A stretch of 64,000 nt of DNA, taken from Botryllus schlosseri (Eukaryota). The position numbers and the translations under genes are program-made. Shown here in pieces: positions 35,040 through 47,620 of the stretch; the first letter of the stretch is position 1; each line of letters opens with the position of its first letter. The notes under the pieces were generated by a model that had not been told where the DNA came from, searched no databases, and saw nothing but the letters and a program-made list of their open reading frames with translations. The DNA is taken from assembly GCA_051294905.1 (NCBI GenBank), contig CM119372.1, forward strand, positions 13,578,001 through 13,642,000, in the 5' to 3' direction.

Positions 35040-38000
35040 TTATTGGCTTGGAGTATATTAGCACTTCGAATATTCAGTGACAGTGTGTGATGATATTTCC
35101 ATATCGTACGTACGCACTTCTATCTGGAGTTGTTTTATCATAAAATTTAGTCATTAAAAATCACGACCGGATGCTTGAGATTTCATCACCCTTCATGTGA
35201 CGAAATTCGTTGTTAGATTTGAACTGATTTGAGGTGCACATACAAATCCCGAAATCGATTACACTGTGGAAATCATACAACGTGCCTGACTTCAGCCCAT
35301 TCTATTTCCTAAGGTATTGCTGACAATATATTTTCTGATGAATATTGAATGAGTATCGACCAAGAGGTGTCGAAGATGAGGCCACGGTTACCTTTGTGTG
35401 AAAAGGCTCTTCAATAAAATCCTCGCCTTTGAACAATTGAAAAAGCAACTTATAGCTCCTATATGTATTTGCAATGACATTGGAATATAGAAGATGTCAT
35501 TACGATCTCGCAAACATTCCAAGAAATATTCACTATTCTCAATGAGGTGGCACTGGATACATTTTATTTTCATCACCAGGGACTATAGCAGGTATAGGCC
35601 TGCTTTCGTCTCCAGTTCACGTAAATACTCCGTCATCGATATATACAACGGAATTGTATCGAAACTTGACTTATGGTCGTGTTTTGAATATGTTTTACAA
35701 TATATGTCTTGGAATCTTCCTTATTTAAATTCCACGTATTGCAAATCGGCTGCTTTGAATCGACTTTTTTACACATCCATCGTTTCCCTCATGTCCTGTT
35801 TCACAGATGCTCACTGCTCACAGTTCCAGCAACGACGTGAATGATTATATTTTTTCTGCGTGTCACGCCACGCCACATCATAGCACATCTTCATTCCACA
35901 TTTGTCCATATCGACAATTATAAGATCGATACAGAATAGCATGAAATTTCCGGTCCATACAATCTCTGCGTCATAAATTAGTTTTCGGAGTTAGTTGTGC
36001 TACCTGACGGAGCCCAGGATTTACGTCATCTCACTACTATATCTATAGAAACATTCCAACGGGTGGATTGAGGAAGGCTTGTATAGTGACTTAGTGAGAT
36101 CATGAGATCATGAGTTCACACGGATGTGTTTATTCACATGGACTTTAAACATTTTAGCACCACACAAACGTTCATATTTTTACGCTATCTTTCTCACCGT
36201 CGCAATTTATTTGATGCCGCCTGGCATTTTCGCCATTAAATATGAATTGCAAACGATCAAGTTCCTGTAACGCTGAGAACGTGTACAGTGGACACATTGC
36301 ACAAGCACATGCATCTCTTCTCCAGTGACCTATAGTAAATGAATGAAATTTCCAATTCATGGCAGAATATACATCGATATGTACGCATCTTTTCAGCTTA
36401 GACACGAGCCCTGCGTGCCAAATTTGAACAAGCTAACAGCTCAAAGCATGGAGTCATATCACGAGGACACTGGCTATTGACAGCACAGACAAGAATGAAG
36501 GACATCTTACTACCTGGGTAGTGTAATAAAAACAGTAATTTTCGAACGAATCGGTATACCACGACTGCACATCCATTAACGAACAATAAACTAATAATGA
36601 ATTCACTAATTATAAGTTCCATAAGTATTTGGCCATCGGAAGTAGGTGGCTTGACAGCCTAATGGCGCAATCGTTTGACCCACTATACCACAACATCAGT
36701 GGCATAACATTTCTATGTCATCATCAGAATCCTTCTATTAACAATTTTCATTCATTCAAAATACAACAAGATACTAGGGATGGTGTGAACCTCTGAAAGG
36801 TTCAGGTTCGTGTTAACGTGAACCTTTTTGAAAGGTTCTGTGTGAACACGAACGTGAACCTCATGACGTCACGTGACGTCATATTGGTAATTTCAACCCC
36901 ATATTTCAATTAGGTGATTGCCTATATTAATCTACTGTACACGATACCGAGCGACGACTCGGGGCCACATAATAGCCCAGTACTTGAGTACATATTGACG
37001 TTTGAAACGTCGCCAAATGTATCAACTGGGGCAATCAAATGATATAATAATCCCATAAAATCAGTATCTTGCGTCGCTTTGCCAACAATTTCGACCTGAT
37101 CGGACAATGTGTTCGGCGTCTGAGTATTGCCACATGGATATTGAGCAGAGTGTAAAATGGGTTTTTATACTTGCTACCGATTAACAAGTCATACAGCAGT
37201 ATAGCCAACACCCCAGTCGCACGGATTTGGTTTTTATGATACAGTATACATATGTAGTCAAGATTGACCCCGTACGCCTGCTAGATTTTTACATCAGAAG
37301 ACGATATCATTCTCATTGATTGGTTGAATAAGGATCATTTGCTGACAAAATACAGTGTATTTCGCTCTTGATGTCATGTGATTGCGGGTCAAGCTCACAG
37401 CACAGAGACACTAAATATGCACAAACGGAATGCTGGATATTTCGAGCAAACTTTTGTAACAATACAAGTAAATTTTTGAGATTGTCAGGGGCATGCTCGT
37501 TTAGTGTTGAATGTTTATGCTGCCAGCTCCATGCATAGAGTGGCCCGCAGTTGAAAGTCAATAAATTTGAACCAAAGATGTTATAATGAAGTGAAAATTG
37601 CAATATATGAAAAAGGTTCACAGTGCAGAACCTACCAAGGTTCTGTTGTGAACGCGAACCTCAAATTTTCCGAGGTTCACACACAGAACGCGAACGTGAA
37701 CCTCACGTTCACACCATCCCTACAAGATACAAGAATTGCAATAAAATGAAAAGAAAGGAAACAGTGGAAACAATTTGCAGTTCATCAATAAAACTCCCAA
37801 CCTCCGGATATACTGATAAACATCGATAAACATGATACAAGGAGACATGCGCAGATTGCACACTGATTGATTAAATTCTTTTTTGCATATGCGTATATTC
37901 ATTATTGGCCGATTTTCTTTAGATATTTGTCAGTCCAAGATCTATCCGAAAAGGAGCCGTTAGCACTACCAGGCCTTTGAGCAGGCAGTTCTTTCAAAGT

Positions 38001-39800
38001 CGCCGAAATGATCCGCTGTCCGTGCTATCTAGACGTTGGTATTGGATTGAATCGTTTGAATATTCAAAAAAGGCTGATGTACAGTACTATGACAGTAGCG
38101 ATACTCAAAAAATTATTGTGACATCATCATATGATCAGGGAATTTTACAGATTCATTGTGCGCAAAAACAAATCGTATTATGAGGGTAATATGTTCTGGC
38201 TTTAGGGCCACATGTAGATGCGATAAGTCATATGGTGTTTCAGTAAAATGTAAATGCATTCGGTGGAATTTATATATGCCTTTCATCTACAATTTGAACT
38301 TAGCACGGCGATATCACATTAATTCAATGATGTCAGTTCGTATAGAACACTGTGAAATTGGTTTTTCATACGCCACCGTCGTATATGGCATGCTGACATC
38401 GGAAGTCATAAGTTCAAGAATCGTGAAAATAGTCTTATCGACGAACAAGCATTTCTGCCGTACGTTTGGTACCAAAGACGGGAACGAAACGAGAATAACA
38501 TTTAGCACCGTTGAGTGAAGTGCCAGAGCACCATTTGTTGTTAGGATCGCGAACAGGTCTGAAAGTGATCCCACCTGTCGCGTCAGAGGTGGAGTGCGGC
38601 ACTTGAAAATATTCGACCTGGTAATGATTAGTTTTGATGCTAATTGAGATTATGGAAATGGAGTAAATATTGTAAAAAGCTGCCGAATAACAGCGTTTTA
38701 CATAATCCCCATCCTCAAGAAATACAATTATGCATGCTTGGAAACTCGCAGGTCGTATACTACAGTCACTAAAACAATGATACGTGACCGAATAAAAATA
38801 GTTTGAATTTGAATACGTCGGCTCACGTAACGCCCACTCGTAAACTCTTAACTATTTGCCGAGTACCATTTTTACAAAGGTAATACTCGATGTCACTGGT
38901 TTGGAGAGGGGTGCTGTGTGATAAAGTTAAGAGAAATAGTAAGCCACACAGTTCTAAATTTCAACTCAAAATGGCATTCATACACAACAGAAATTCGCTG
39001 AACTCGATCTATAAACAGACAGGATAGAAGGTTCATCGCGTACGATATTATTCGATTACCATGAATATATAGAAAGAGGTTGTGATAGTCATTATGCAAT
39101 TGCTTCCAAGACTCGTGATCATGCGGAGAAAATTCAAGGGCCGCATCTCATCTCCAGCACTTGACGTAAATGAATGAATAGCTGATTACATTACAAATGA
39201 ATCAAATCATCTTTTTCTTGGTTACTTAAGAATAGTGGTGAGTCTAGTGATCGCTATCTATCCTGGTTCCGGATATATGCTGTTGACATGGCTTGATAGA
39301 GATATCAGGCGGGAAATTTACAGTATAGTCTAACCGTGGATTCTTGCGACAGTAGTAGTAGACGATTGTAGTTGACAAGGTAAATCACTTTGTCTGGTGG
39401 TATAGTTTTCGTCACGCCTAACAAAAATAATCCTTTAGCATTTTTGCATAAATAATATTCCCTCTTGCACTTTTAGCAAGTTGTGGATGTTATCAACGAT
39501 TCATGCCCTTGTTTGCGGTAAGTGACTCAATAACATTTTAACAGACTGAATTTTGCATAATTGAGAATTCCTAACGCATTACATTTTCGAAGCGAAACAG
39601 TTTGAATTTACTACAATTTAAAGGCGGCGTTGTTTTTCTTCGTAATCTAATAATCATTCGTACTTTATCAATCCAAGCTGAGATGTACAAGATATCGTGA
39701 TCTTTTCCCCAATTCGCGTCACCTCTTTTCACCGTTGACGACGTGAGATCAGCACTCCGTCTCCAATCGGCGTGAATAATTTTGTAACCTACAAGAGGTT
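35040..39800 (-). pseudogene. Probable decayed gene for an Ig- and FN3-domain cell-surface receptor (Tie/RPTP-like ectodomain); limits approximate
   Basis: Exon-like segments after AG acceptors at 39417 (VIYLVNYN...STVRLYCKFP) and 38617 (EMLVRR*DYFHDS*TYDFRC...KTNFTVFY; later QRLDSTDSGSF). One frame at 35820-35160 has FN3-like order: KFRYNSVVYIDDG..GDESRP, YKLLFQ, VTVASSST, NGLKSGTLYDF. Many stops. Confidence 0.45.
36775..37722. mobile_element. Non-autonomous hAT element, 948 bp, with GTGAACC-rich subtermini
   Basis: TIR TAGGGATGGTGTGAAC / GTTCACACCATCCCTA with perfect TSD CAAGATAC (36767-36774, 37723-37730). Confidence 0.93.
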
Positions 39801-41768
39801 TCAATTACCAAATCTAATTAGACTTTATCCCGACACAATGGGAATTGCAACGATTTTGCGCAGTCGCGTGATTGGAATGCATCATCCAAATGTTCGTGGG
39901 GTATTTTTGAGTCGACTGGATTGGTTGGTGATGATAACAGTAGCATTAAAGCCTATAGCACAATGGACATCATACTGATAATGACCAAGATTCTTCTCTC
40001 ATTTGTCGCGTTAATTCGTCTTTTTTTTTTGCGCCGCATGTTTGTTAGAATTCGTCCACAATTGAGAGCCTCGCCGATGACCTTCAATTCTACATGCGGT
40101 CGTTTTGCGTAGAGCCTTATCTTTCACAACCAAAACAGGTAAGATCGCATGGGTGGTTGCGGGAAATTGTAGCCTTTGGAAGTTATCCCACTGATTTCCC
40201 ACCGTCGGTGAACCCGTCGAAAGATACATACCAGACGCACCGCGTCACCCTTAATAAAATCACCGCCGCAGAATTAACAGGCCTTCGTTTTATTGGAGGT
40301 AAAAGCCTTTCACGAGAGATAGGTACCTTGATATGCTGAATATGTTCGGGTACTTATCAAAATGCGAATAAATATTTATGTCGAAAGTTACTTTGCGATC
40401 GGTGAGCACTCCATTATAGTCGATCGCGCTCTCCCTTGTGTAATAATGTTGAGGTCCGCTAATGTGATGTATCGCCTCATATCTTTTCGCACTGCTGTGC
40501 TACCTGCTGGGATCCGCTATAGACAGGATATGTTCAGTGTGATGAATCTCGCTAAATCCGAGTAGTTGAACATATGGACATTCATAAGAAATGCAGTCGA
40601 GATACTTACATGTGTATTCCGAAAAGATGTTGCAGATCCTTATTTTTACCATAGTCTTCGAACTTTTCGCCTTTTCTGAAAATATGGTTAGCGACTTATT
40701 ATTCGGATTATAGTTGCATGATACATTCATATTTCATTGAATATATTATTCTATTGTATCCGGAAATCCTGCACCTCCAAGATTCCATCCGGGTTCTGCG
40801 AATAGCACTATCGTTGCAACGTGCTAATAGAGGCTACGTCGATGCGAATCCTTTGATTGATATTGACATGCAGATTGTGTCAGGGCGTAGATGGAGAAAG
40901 AACAAATTTTGAGCACAAGGCTGAGGCGTTATAAATTGTGTTGCAAGCGTAGTGGCACTTCGTTGTATAAAGAAAATAAATGTCAATCAGCTTTTTTTCT
41001 GGCTACACTCATGAATGTAGGACGTATGTGTAGGTGTAGTGTAGGTGTATGGTGCGATTAAATATGCTTGGATATTCTCATGAAAGGAGGTTAATCATTT
41101 CGGCAAGAATGACAATATTTTCTGGACTTTGTTTTGTGGAAGGCGTCTACCGTGTCACGAATAAGAAGCGAAAGGCTTTATAACGAGTCCCACGAGAACC
41201 CGGAATAGATAAAGGTGGAATTGTTAATGCCTTTCCGCCGCAAAAAATTCCTTTGGTCGCCAACCAACAACATACCTGCCGCGCACGCACAAAGGGACCT
41301 GCGATATTTTCGAGTGTAGACATCTAGACAACCAGATAACACTCCAATCCTTTGGGAGTTGAAAGCCAACATCTCTATTCTTGATATTTCTGCTTACCTG
41401 TTTTCGTGTAAACACGATATCGGCAAAAACACCATGAATATTCTTACATCACAGCCGCAGGTTTATACTCCCAAAATGAGGTCATTCACTAGACAAAGTC
41501 TAAGGTCTTCCAATTTATCGAATGATTATTATTATTGCAGCATGCAGCAGTTGACTATGAAAGTATGATGTATATTGCAGATAGTATACCGTTGATGCGA
41601 TCTTTTGTTACTGACAGAAATCGACAGACGACACCGATTGTAGAATGGGAGTGTTTCATGGTGATACGTTCTTCTAATTGAGTTCAGCAAGATCTTCCCG
41701 TGATCCCTAAAGTGTTTTATTAATCAGTCATTTCAAGGTGGCTTGAACATCACTGTGAGCTTGAACAT

Positions 41769-42430
41769 TAGGGCTCTTCAAAAATGACTTTTTTTCTCAA
41801 GTCGTACTGGCTACTTGATAAAATTGTTAGGTTACCTAATTTAGGCCTACACACAAAATTTGGTTCAATTCCAACCAGTAACCTCTTTGCTACAGGAGAA
41901 GAAAGTTTCTATTTATTATATAAAAATAAATAATAAAAAATTTGAAAATATTCTGTTCACCCCATGAAAGTGTTAGGCTGTCTATAGAAACGATCCTCAA
42001 CAAATTTGGTTCAATTCCAACCAGTGGAAGCGGAATTATTGTCGTCGAAAAATTTGGATTTGAATAAAATAGTCTTTACGGTGGCCGATTCTTTGTTTAT
42101 TTATTATAGTTGTGATCACCGTAAATGCTACTTTATTCAAATCCAAATTTTTTGACGGCAATAACTCCGCTTCCACTGGTTGGAATTGAACCAAATTTGG
42201 TGAGCATCGTTTCTATAGGCAGCCTAACACTTTCATGGGGTGAACAGAATATTTTCAAATTTTTTATTATTTATTTTTATATAATAAATAGAAACTTTCT
42301 TCTCCTGTAGCAAAGCGGTTACTGGCTGGAATTGAACCAAATTTTGTGTGTAGGCTTAAATTAGGTAACCTAGCAATTTTATCAAGTAGCCAGTACGATT
42401 TGAGAAAAAAGTCATTTTTGAAGAGCCCTA
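41769..42430. mobile_element. Foldback hAT element, 662 bp, with ~300-bp near-perfect inverted arms
   Basis: TAGGGCTCTTCAAAAA / TTTTTGAAGAGCCCTA with perfect TSD TTGAACAT (41761-41768, 42431-42438). Confidence 0.94.
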
Positions 42431-42751
42431 TTGAACATTCGCGGGCAAGGTATTCGTTATGCATCATACTAGGCAACGAGCGGTGCCAATGATGAGTGGG
42501 ATAAACAGCAATGGCCGCCTCGAAAGGAATATATGGTCTGGTCAACGTCGTAATAAATTATAGAAAGTTTTATCGTAAATTTAGGCCCTCAATTTCATTC
42601 CTCTTTACTCTGTCACTTACGCGTTACACTTGCTCTCCAACGAGACGGGGAAGTTAAATTGACACCGCAATGCCAGCATTTTGTTAAAACAAAAGATTCA
42701 ACAAAAACATGATCGTGACGTAACTTTGTACTCTCACTCAAGGACGTGCAT

Positions 42752-44430
42752 TAGGGGTGTTAAAAAAACTTTTTTTTCCAAATTTTATCGGCTTGGTTGT
42801 CAAATCGTCAGGTTACCTAAAAAAACGTTGCACACCAAATTTGACTCAATTCCAACCTGTAGGGGTCGAGGTCAGTCAGATTGAAATTTCGGTCATTTTA
42901 GAAATAATAGTATTTACGGTGACCAATTTAGTCACACGGTCATGACCAAAAATCGTATTCCAGATATGCTTGAAGAGGCAGGAATGTCTTTTTCATTTGT
43001 TTTGATCTTGACAAGGACCTATGGTGGAGTTTGGATGAAGACGTCGCCAGTAAACGAAAAGAAAGACATGTCCCGGATTAGCTGGAAATTAGTCCACTTC
43101 ATTGACATAGCCACGTTAAAAGGATGGTGAGATAATTTTCAAATAGAGTACTTTACGCACTGAAATTAACGAACACAAAAAGCAAATAAACTGACAAGCA
43201 AGTAAAGTACGGGTAAATATATTTCTCAAGTGATAGTCATATCTAGAAGTATTTTTGTTGAATCAATTTAGATTTCACGAAATCTATCCCAATTATGCAG
43301 GGCATACCGATGTCTCTCTGCCTTGATTCGAAGTTTTTACTGATTGCAAAGTCGCCATTCCCAAAATCTCACCCACGGAGACATCAGTTGCATTCCTCAG
43401 CAGCTCAATGTTTCAATATTTCTCTGCTACTTGACCTTGACTGATCCAGGGCGTTAAAAATGGCAAAAATTGCAATTGAGAATGGGCTATGCCAATGAAT
43501 AGTATATATGACTTGAAAAGCCATTTTTGGTACTACAAATAAGCGTTGATACTATAGCGCTTTTTATGTGCTCTAAACTTTGCGAGCTTCAGGGAAACTA
43601 AATGGTGGCCCACTGAGCTTATAAAGCACTTTAGCCGTTTTCTGGTCTTTCAATATCACCTGAACCCCTTCTTGTCATAGAGTAATAAGAAGCATTGGTG
43701 TTTTACCACGATATATGGATACAATTAGATGGTATTCACCGAAAGTGGAGGATGACATGAAGAGAGGACGATATCTTTTGACAGGAATAAGATCTGTCAC
43801 GATGCCCATGAGTCTTATAATTCGCCTGTGAGATTACTATGGGAGTGCTGCAGAGCAGATGATGGAATATCATATAATGTCAAATTGTATCGTGAAGAAA
43901 TCTACAATGGACCGATAAAGAATATAGATATTGACTATCACTTGAGAAATATATTTACCCGTATTTTACGTGCTTATTATTAGTTCATCTCCTTTTCATG
44001 GTCGTTAATTTCAGTGTGTAAAGCACTCTATTTTGAAATAATCTCACCATTGTTTTAACGTGTCTATTTCAATGAAGTGGACTAATTTCCAGCTAATCCA
44101 CGTTATATCTTTTTTTCGTTTAGTAGCGATGTCTTCATCCAAATGCCACCATAGGCCCGTGTCAAGATCAAAACAAGTGGAAAAGACATCCCACCTCTTC
44201 AGCCATACCTGGTACACGATTTTTGGTCATGTCGGATTGTCGGTGTGAGGAAATTGGTCACCGTAAATACTATTATTTCAACAATGGCCGAAATTTCATT
44301 TTGACTGACTTCGGCTTCTACTGGTTGGAATTGAGTCAAATTTGGTGTGCAATGTTCTTTTCAGAAACCTGACGATTTGACAACCAAGCCGATGAAATTT
44401 GAAAAAATAGGTTATTTTTGAACACCCCTA
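42752..44430. mobile_element. Foldback hAT element, 1679 bp, with ~490-bp diverged inverted arms and a ~690-bp unique spacer
   Basis: TAGGGGTGTT / AACACCCCTA ends; TSD ACGTGCAT/ACGTGAAT (7/8 match). Arms are ~42752-43240 and ~43935-44430. Confidence 0.9.
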
Positions 44431-46546
44431 ACGTGAATACTATCATTCCGATGTATATTTTTGTTCAGCTGCCATAACAAGGGATAATAATATTATGCGT
44501 AATGTATATGGGTTTAGTGCCCGCGGAAAATAAAGGTTTCGAGTCACACTGAATCCCATTACCGGCGGAGTTGGACAAAATCGAGTACCTGAGTGATTCG
44601 ATTCCGAATCGAGTAAGGATTCGAGTCGAGTCGAGAATTCGAATATCGTTCATTGTGACGGCAGAATAGAATAGATAATGAACCAAGTTGAAATATCTAC
44701 TTCTAATGCGACATCAAAGAAAATAATGCCAGTTGTCTACCACATTAAAGATAGTTCAGCAGCTTGTCGACCATGTACCGAATTGATCACTTTGTAACAA
44801 ATCACTTTGTAGCAATGCTATGGGTTGGGGTTGATCACGATTTCACGGAAATGTCATATCCACTAACGTGTGTAGCCTTTTATCAGACGTTTTCGATGCT
44901 GCGCTACAGCCCATTGAGGTTTCACTGCTTCGACGGACGGAACAACGTATCGAAACAATAATTCCTCGATTACCTGTAAAATTCTCTATCCAGATTCGAA
45001 TATTCGAATCATTGTGTCCGGCCCTAGATATCTAAATAACGACTTCGAATAGTTTCTGACGATTACCCCTGTGTCAGGCGAAAATATTCGGGCTCATGTC
45101 AATATGAATATACTATTCAATATAAAGCTATATATAACATATATTTGTCCCGGCGTCAAGGTGACGTCACAATGCGAATGGCGATTCCGGTCCACTGCCT
45201 CGCACGTCGTTACTCTGCAACAATAGTTCTTACGTTATTCCAATATGGTAATATGTTTGAACAAAAATATTGAGAAGATAAAAACCAAGAATAACTATGA
45301 CTCTGGATTTACGCAAGTGACAGTCAATTTGTAGATTGAATATCTACTCGTGTAAGTAACTACTTTTGTTGAAACTAATCTGATTACGAGTTGGGTGGTA
45401 TAGACCGCGGAATATCGGTCTTTGTATAGCTGATTAGCGGTTGTTTAATCCGCGAACGGTGCACATTTAGTAATGGAACCTGGAAATAAAAATCTGTGTT
45501 TCGTTTTACCGGTAATTACATGTAAGGATTGATCGATGGCCAAAGAAATGTCTTCATGATGATCGAACAAAGAAATTGTGCAGCAGATCGATATTGACAA
45601 CAATGAGCGTGGACTCAAGCAATGAGTCGAGAATTAATTAATGACCCCTAATGGACAGGAATATAGTACCTCCCCATACATTTCGTGTATGCATATTGCA
45701 TGCATGCAGGATGTTGATATGATAAAGATTTTCTATTCTATCTCCTTTAATATCGATTTTGTAATTGCGAGTTGCTTAAGGGCTTTTAACAGAATTTGGA
45801 ATTGCTTGAAATTTCATACAAGGTATTTTTGTCAATAAGGTTGGATTAGCCTGTCAGCAAATTTAAAGATACTAGATATATATTTAGGGTCGTTTGTAGG
45901 TCGACGCATGATAATGACTATTGCTAATGTGTCTCTAAAATAAGGGCAATGAACCGAGGGAATAACTTACAGCCATTACTTCGTCCGTACACACTCACGC
46001 ACACCTTGAATACGTAGAATACAATGACCAATCGATATTTGTATTACAAATGGCAGCGTTAATAAGGATAGAAGTGACGTCACAATTATCAAGGTTGGTT
46101 GCGCCTAAACGTGCGAGGATATTGAAATAGGTGGAGTCGGAATAGTATGGGACACATTTTAAGGACATGTATATTTGCATATGCCTGGCGGCCCCGCACG
46201 CGGCAAATCATCACCTTTTATAGTCGTCTTCATTCAGTTCATTGTCGCATATTGAGCAGAGATAATCAGTAATAGTCTAGTGAAAATCATGTATGTTCCT
46301 TACGTTCTTGTTTTGATTTAACCTGTAATTATGATTATTTTATCATTTCTTATGAGATTTCTACTTTGATTTTATTGTAGACCGAGTGTAAACGGAAAAT
46401 TCACCGAATATTATTACTATAATATTTCTTCATATAGTAAAACTGGTAAATACATACATAACCCGCGGAGAAACCTGCTCCCCAAGAAAAATGGCAAGAG
46501 TAATAGAGTTTAATTGTTACTCCTATGCAGTACATGAAGCTATCAC

Positions 46547-47206
46547 ACCATAGTGTCCTACAATGGTGTGGACACAAGCAAATCTCACGGCTCACTGCGA
46601 TTAGTTGACGTCACAGTTTCCATTTGGCCAAAGGTAATTTTAGGGTGATTATTGACTGGCTTGCCGAGCGCAAAATTTGATAAAACTGGTCTCTATCGAA
46701 AGCTACCGTGGTACTGATTGCGAAAATATAAATTTTTCTCTGCTCGTGGTCCTAGAACCCCCCAAAATCAGCCTCGAATGTTGCATTGTAACAGAGTTTG
46801 CAATTGTGACGCAACAATGCCGCGTGGCGCAGCTCGGAGCAAATGCACACAAGAGCGAAAGTGTGAATGCTCAATCGGTTGCGCAACAATGGCCAATACG
46901 TTTGCGGCTTGTGCTGCTCCTCACCTGCTCCCAGACAGCATGGTTGGCAATGCCGAACTCCGTTACAATGCAAGATTCGAGGCTGATTTTGGGGGGTTCG
47001 CGGAACACGAGTAGAATAAATTTATATGTTCGCAATCAGTACCGCGGTAGCCTTCGATTGATACCAATTTTATCAATTTTCGCGTTCGGCAAGTCGGTCA
47101 AATATTACCATAAAATTACCTTTGGCCAAATGGAAAGTGTGACGTATACCAATCGCAGTGAGTCGTGAGATTTGCTTGTCTCTACACCATTGTAGGACTC
47201 TATGGT
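46547..47206. mobile_element. Foldback/MITE, ~660 bp, with ~240-bp inverted arms (terminus ACCATAG); superfamily unassigned
   Basis: ACCATAGTGTCCTACAATGGTGT...GCAAATCTCACG pairs with CGTGAGATTTGC...ACACCATTGTAGGACTCTATGGT. No clear TSD. Confidence 0.85.
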
Positions 47207-47369
47207 CATACTCTTAGCGAAAATATTTGAACAGCTTCTTTGAGGTACAGAACTTCAATATACAATTGAATAGTATATTCATATTGAAATGAACCCGAAT
47301 ATTTTCGGCTGACACTCGTCAGGGGTAATCGTCAGCAACTAGTAGAGAATAGCGAAAAGAGTGTGAGTT

Positions 47370-47620
47370 TCCACCCGCGTACCACCCCTTCTTTACCGGT
47401 GTGAATATACACCCGTGGCATACACGAAACCAGAACCTATCTCAGACTTATACTGCGGTATAAATCGAGTACAAGATTTTGATCCATACTATGCCTGCAC
47501 GTGTAGAAACGTAAGAAAGCACGCAGTGCACCAATGCACGTAGGATTTATCACCGCGATATAATTCTGAATTTAATTATGTTTTCGTGTGCCACCCTTTC
47601 GACCCTTTGAGTGTGAATAC
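47370..47620 (+). repeat. Dispersed ~250-bp repeat with internal inverted symmetry; inverted copy at ~49885-50120
   Basis: Shared CGCGTACCACCCCT, CACGAAACCAGAACCTAT.TCAGACTTATAC.GCGGTATAAATCGAGTACAA and TAGGATTTAT..CGCGATATAATTCTGA. Confidence 0.8.

Noticed and set aside
35040-39800. Many in-frame TGA codons at plausible Trp/Gly positions suggested TGA recoding or selenocysteine
   Set aside because: The same frames also contain TAA/TAG stops and frameshifts, and intact genes here (KLHL28, RPL14) use TGA as stop. Pseudogene decay is the simpler explanation.
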